Of a DNA stretch of 20,000 bases, positions 15,849-20,000 are shown piece after piece. Source of the DNA: Myxococcota bacterium (GTDB lineage: Bacteria > Myxococcota > Myxococcia > Myxococcales > Myxococcaceae); the NCBI GenBank assembly GCA_049322255.1, contig JBMORE010000166.1, positions 44,060 to 64,059 of the forward strand, written 5' to 3'. How positions within the stretch are numbered: the stretch's first letter is position 1; each line of letters begins with the position of its first letter. Made by a program: the position numbers and the translations under genes. The notes under the pieces are model-generated. The model saw only the letters and a list, made by a program, of their open reading frames with translations. It was not told where the DNA came from and searched no databases.

Positions 15849-16388
15849 CTAACGAGCAAGAAGTGCGCGGCGCATCTCGTCCAGCTGGGTGCGTAAGGTA
15901 CCGTCGAACAGTTGCGAGCCGACCTGGGCCGCCGCTCCGCCGAGCACCTTGGGGTCCACCCGCGGCTCGAGCACCACGTCACGCTGGGTCAGCCGCTCGA
16001 GAGACTTTTCGAGCTTCTCCACCGCGTCTTTGGGGAGCGGCACCGCGCTCACCACCTTGCCGCGCACCCGGCCCGCCTTGACGTCGGTGAGGTCTTGATA
16101 GAGGCGGGCGATGTCCGGCAGATACCCCAGGCGGTTGCGCTCGATGAGCAGGCGAAGGAGGTTGGCCAACGTCGGTTGAAGCCCGCCGGCCGCGGTCATC
16201 ACCGCCTCCAGCACCGCCAGCCGCTGCGCGCGGGTGTAGGCCGGGTTTTGCACCACCTCGGCCAGCTCGGCGTTGGCCGCGAGCGCCTGCACGAAGCCGT
16301 TGAGCTCTGAAAGGACGGCGTCCGCCTGGGCCCCTGCCGCCTCGAGCAGGGCACGGGCATAGCGGCGCGCGACGGAGACATTGACCAT
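15849..16388 (-). CDS. atpH: ATP synthase F1 subunit delta
   Basis: VARRYARALLE, NLLRLLIERNRL, VVSAVPL, VDPKVLGG, FDGTLRTQL; 179 aa. Confidence 0.95.
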   Translation of the reverse strand: MVNVSVARRYARALLEAAGAQADAVLSELNGFVQALAANAELAEVVQNPAYTRAQRLAVLEAVMTAAGGLQPTLANLLRLLIERNRLGYLPDIARLYQDLTDVKAGRVRGKVVSAVPLPKDAVEKLEKSLERLTQRDVVLEPRVDPKVLGGAAAQVGSQLFDGTLRTQLDEMRRALLAR

Positions 16389-16461
16389 GGCGGCCGCCGA
16401 TTAACACGCGCACGCCGCACCGGCAACGCTTCGCTACAAAGCCGCGCTAGACTCCACCACA

Positions 16462-17160
16462 GTGCACGAGCCGTTCGTCATTCGCTATGAGTTCGCCTGG
16501 TCCGACGGAACCAAGCGGAGCTTCTTGGTCGAGCTCGATCCCACCACGCTGGCGATCGTGTCGCGAGCGCCCACATCGCCTCCGGAGTGGGCGAAGCTCG
16601 ATTATCAAAAGTGTCCCAATTGTCCTCTCTCCTCGATGGAGTTTCCCCATTGTCCGACGGCCGTTCAGGTGGCTGACGTGGTGGGAACCTTCGCCGAAAC
16701 CTATTCTTACGACACGGCGGAAGTTCATGTGTGGGTCTCCGGACGAGAGATCATCAAGAAGACGTCGGTACAGACGAGCCTGAGCTCCCTCTTGGGCATC
16801 TTCATGACGACCAGCGGTTGCCCCGTGCTGGCGAAGCTTCGGCCCCTTGTTCGTTTCCATTCGCCCTTCGCGACAGAGGAGGAAACCTTTTTCCGCTCCG
16901 TAGCGCTTTATCTGATCGCCCAGTACCTACGGCAACAATCAGGCCAAACCGCCGACTGGTCCTTGAATGGTCTGAGCGCCATCTATCAAGACATCGGAAC
17001 CGTCAATAAGGCGTTCGCCGAGCGGCTTCGAGTGGGCGGTTCCAAAGATGCCAACCTGAATGCCGTCATTCGCCTCGACATGTTCGCCAAGGGCATGCCC
17101 CAGGTCATCGAGGACGGGTTGGCCGAGCTACGGCCGCTCTTCGAAATCATGATGAGCTAG
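16462..17160 (+). CDS. DUF6901-like Cys-containing protein
   Basis: PEWAKLDYQKCPNCPL..CP.A, GIFMTTSGCP, LRPLVRFHSPFATEEETFFRS, DANLNAV; family assigned from memory of the motif pattern. Confidence 0.72.
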   Translation: MHEPFVIRYEFAWSDGTKRSFLVELDPTTLAIVSRAPTSPPEWAKLDYQKCPNCPLSSMEFPHCPTAVQVADVVGTFAETYSYDTAEVHVWVSGREIIKKTSVQTSLSSLLGIFMTTSGCPVLAKLRPLVRFHSPFATEEETFFRSVALYLIAQYLRQQSGQTADWSLNGLSAIYQDIGTVNKAFAERLRVGGSKDANLNAVIRLDMFAKGMPQVIEDGLAELRPLFEIMMS

Positions 17161-17211
17161 CCGGGGCACGTTGGGCGTGGTTGACTTTCACCTCCGCAGC
17201 GGACCGCACGC

Positions 17212-19020
17212 ATGAGCGAGCCTGTCATCGGCATCGACCTGGGAACGACCTTCAGCGCGGTGGCCACCGTGGAGGGAGGCCGCCCGCGCCTCATCCCCAC
17301 CCGCGCCGGAGGGCGCCTCACCCCCTCGATGGTGGGATTCACCAAGACGGGCGAGCGGGTGGTGGGGGAACGGGCGCGGCTGCTCTCCGAGGCTTTCCCC
17401 GAGCACGTGGCCTACGCCACCAAGCGCTTCATCGGCCGGCGGCACACGCCCGAGCTGTCCGTCGCCGCGCGGGCGCAGGTGCCCTACCAGCTGCTCCCCG
17501 GCCCCAGCGGAGAGGTGCGTATCAAGGTGGCGGGCCGCATTCTGCCCCTCACCCAGGTGAGCGCGATGATTCTGGGCGAGCTCAAGCTCGACGCCGAGGC
17601 CTACTTCGGGCGCCCGGTGACCAAGGCGGTGGTGACCGTCCCCGCCAACTTCGACGACGCCCAGCGCACCGCCACCAAGGAAGCGGCGCGCATCGCCGGG
17701 CTCGATGTCTTGCGCATCATCAACGAGCCCACCGCCGCGGCGGTCGCCTACGGGCTCACTGAAAAGTTCGAGGGCCGCGCCTTGGTCTTCGACTTGGGAG
17801 GCGGAACCTTCGACGTCTCCATTCTCGAGGTGGAGAAGGGCGTCTTCCAGGTCAAGGCCACCGGGGGCGACCCCCTCCTGGGAGGCGAGGACTTCGACAA
17901 CCGCATCGTGCAGTGGCTCATCGCCCAGCTGCCTGAGCCGTTCCGCGAGGCGGTGAGCAAAGACAAGCTCTCGCTGATGCGGTTGAAAATCGCCTCCGAG
18001 AAGGCCAAGCGCGAGCTCACCGAGCGCGAGGAGGCGTACATCTCGGTCTTCGACTTGGGAGACCAACAAGAGAAGAAGCTCACCTCTTTGGAGACCGCGC
18101 TCACCCGCACCTTCTTCCATCAGCTCTCCGAGCCGCTCACCCGCCGCTGCCTCGAGGTGTGCCAGCGGGTGATGAGCGAAGCGGCGGTCGACCCCAAGTC
18201 GATGAATGCGCTCCTTTTGGTGGGGGGGATGACCCGGGTGCCCCTGGTGCGGCAGCTGGCCGCCGATTTCTTCGGGCGCCACCCGGTTTCAGGGGTGAAC
18301 CCCGACGAGGTGGTGGCCCTGGGAGCGGCGGTGCAGGCGGCGGAGCTGGCGGGCAAGAGCGGGCAGGCGCTGCTCATCGACGTGGTGGGGCACTCCTTCG
18401 GGGTGGGTGTCTTGGGGGGCGTGGTGCGCAAGCTCATCACCAAGAACACTCCGGTGCCGGTGGTGGCCAAGGAGGTCTTCCTCCCCGGCCGCCACGGGCA
18501 GACTCAGGCGCGCATCCCGGTGTTCCAGGGCGAGAGCGAGTACGCCGACGAGGCGACCAAGCTGGGAGAGTTGGTGCTGCACGAGCTCAACGTCATTCAT
18601 CGGGCCGAGGTGCCCATCGAGGTGAGCTTCGAGCTGTCCAACGAAGGCACCCTCTCGGTACGCGCGGTGGACATGACCACCGGGCTGGCGGAGGCGATTC
18701 GAATCGAGGCGCGCACCGAGCTGTCGCCCACCGAGGTGGAGAAGCTTTCGCGCGAGCAGACCGAGTACGCCAAGGCCGCCCGGGGCAAAGACGCCGAGGC
18801 GGCGACGGAGAGCTTCAAGCGGGTGCTGGACAAGGCGGAGAAGTTCTGCCGTCTCCTGGAAAAGAGCGCTCAGGAGAACCCCAGCCCCGAGGCCGAGGCC
18901 ACCGTGGCGCGGGTGCGTTCGGTGGTGGAAATGGGCCGGGTGGCGCTGCGCCAGGGCCAGACTGTGCAGATGGCCGAAATGGCTCGTACACTGAAACAGC
19001 TGTTAGGAGCACCGAGCTAA
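17212..19020 (+). CDS. Hsp70 family protein (DnaK-like paralog)
   Basis: [73 protein letters not shown]; divergent substrate-binding domain. Confidence 0.95.
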   Translation: MSEPVIGIDLGTTFSAVATVEGGRPRLIPTRAGGRLTPSMVGFTKTGERVVGERARLLSEAFPEHVAYATKRFIGRRHTPELSVAARAQVPYQLLPGPSGEVRIKVAGRILPLTQVSAMILGELKLDAEAYFGRPVTKAVVTVPANFDDAQRTATKEAARIAGLDVLRIINEPTAAAVAYGLTEKFEGRALVFDLGGGTFDVSILEVEKGVFQVKATGGDPLLGGEDFDNRIVQWLIAQLPEPFREAVSKDKLSLMRLKIASEKAKRELTEREEAYISVFDLGDQQEKKLTSLETALTRTFFHQLSEPLTRRCLEVCQRVMSEAAVDPKSMNALLLVGGMTRVPLVRQLAADFFGRHPVSGVNPDEVVALGAAVQAAELAGKSGQALLIDVVGHSFGVGVLGGVVRKLITKNTPVPVVAKEVFLPGRHGQTQARIPVFQGESEYADEATKLGELVLHELNVIHRAEVPIEVSFELSNEGTLSVRAVDMTTGLAEAIRIEARTELSPTEVEKLSREQTEYAKAARGKDAEAATESFKRVLDKAEKFCRLLEKSAQENPSPEAEATVARVRSVVEMGRVALRQGQTVQMAEMARTLKQLLGAPS

Positions 19021-19042
19021 CCATTCCTGGAGGGAGGCACCC

Positions 19043-19483
19043 ATGTCGACGAAGCGAGTCAATTCCAAGCGCATCAACAACGAGTTCATTCGCAAACCGC
19101 TGGAGAAGCGGTTGACGCCGCAAGGCGAGCTGAAGCTCGGCCCCAAGGTGAAGAAGAGCGACGTTGGCCCCGGCAAGCGCTTCTCCCAGACGGCCTTCGA
19201 GGAGGCCCGTGCCGCCGCCAACGCCTTCGGCACCTTCAGCGTGGCCGACGCCGAGCTCTACCGCCTCAGCCTCCACTCGAAGGACTACATCGTCGCCGCG
19301 GGGAAAGACTTGTACGGCGAAACCCCCGTGACCGAGCGCTTCGTGGTGCACTCTTCGAAAACGGGGAGCGTGGTGGCGCGTGGCCGGGTGGAGAAGGACG
19401 AAGAGGGTCCCCGCATCGTGTGGACGCGCTCGCACAACGGCAGCCGCCCGCGCCAGCCTACCGAGACCAACGACGCCGAGTAA
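19043..19483 (+). CDS. Hypothetical protein (146 aa, basic N-terminus)
   Basis: [12 protein letters not shown] before ATG 19043; high-GC3 codon usage; follows the Hsp70 gene by 22 bp. Confidence 0.75.
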   Translation: MSTKRVNSKRINNEFIRKPLEKRLTPQGELKLGPKVKKSDVGPGKRFSQTAFEEARAAANAFGTFSVADAELYRLSLHSKDYIVAAGKDLYGETPVTERFVVHSSKTGSVVARGRVEKDEEGPRIVWTRSHNGSRPRQPTETNDAE

Positions 19484-20000
19484 GCGCCACGAGCGTTAGC
19501 GCCAAGAAGGAAAAGCCGGCCCCGACGTGGCCGCAGCCGCACTTCACCTCGGTCTCGGTTTGGGGCGGGCAGGAGACGGTGACGGAGAAGCGCTGCACAT
19601 CCGAGCCCGCCGCGTGGGTCGCCCACACCTCGAGCTCGTGTGCCCCGGCTTGTTCGCGGCTGGGCACCCAGCGGATTTCTCCGGTGCGGGTGTCGATGGC
19701 GAAGCCTTCTGGGAGAGGCGCTCCACCTTTTCCCTGGGCGCCGAAGGTGAAGGTCCCCGCGTCGAGGGAAAGCTCCGGGCCTCCCTTTTCCGAGTAGCGG
19801 TACGGCACCCCGCATTCGGCGCTTGTCGCAGCGGTGGAGACAATCCGCGGTGGGCCCGCGTCGGAGGCAAACCCCACGGGAATGATTTCGAGCCTCCCGA
19901 CAAACCCGGGCTGAACGCCCGAAGAAGGCTCGGCGCCGTAGTGAGGGCCGAAACCTGACGTCGGTGTGGTGCCCGCCACGCCTGCCAGCACCGAAGCCGG
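19458..20000 (-). CDS. 3' end of a He_PIG/Ig-like + MYXO-CTERM surface protein (5' partial)
   Basis: Frame open to the window edge; LPEGFAIDTRTGEIRWVP; tail KCGCGHVGAGFSFLALTLVALTRRRWSR*. Confidence 0.85.
   Translation of the reverse strand, partial: PASVLAGVAGTTPTSGFGPHYGAEPSSGVQPGFVGRLEIIPVGFASDAGPPRIVSTAATSAECGVPYRYSEKGGPELSLDAGTFTFGAQGKGGAPLPEGFAIDTRTGEIRWVPSREQAGAHELEVWATHAAGSDVQRFSVTVSCPPQTETEVKCGCGHVGAGFSFLALTLVALTRRRWSR

Noticed and set aside
1..20000. tRNA, rRNA, transposase, integrase or prophage genes
   Set aside because: No recognisable signatures; intergenic spaces are short and otherwise explained.

Overview
GC-rich bacterial scaffold, almost certainly Myxococcota (MYXO-CTERM-type tails, Cys-rich myxobacterial repeats, a myxobacterial REP-like repeat), with a 100-N gap at 9957-10056. 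The left half is accessory-looking: end of an unidentified secreted protein, SNase-like nuclease lipoprotein, an ATPase/DUF234 nuclease-fold gene with an operator-like repeat array, a pectate-lyase-like lipoprotein, an MntA/HepT (type VII) toxin-antitoxin pair, a PGPGW protein, a fatty acid hydroxylase, an MshEN (c-di-GMP) protein and a large frameshifted repeat surface protein. The right half has a 7-gene heme-copper oxidase operon (III, IV, small CxxC protein, II, I, second III, di-heme cytochrome c lipoprotein), an orphan atpH, a DUF6901-like gene, an Hsp70 paralog, a hypothetical gene and the 3' end of a second MYXO-CTERM protein. The strongest lead is the oxidase. It keeps the A-family metal ligands, cross-link Tyr and D-channel, but helix VIII lacks the K-channel Lys and Thr and has a Glu instead. 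Subunit II lacks the K-entry Glu and has Gln at the CuA-loop Glu. All calls come from motif recognition by eye; no searches were run.
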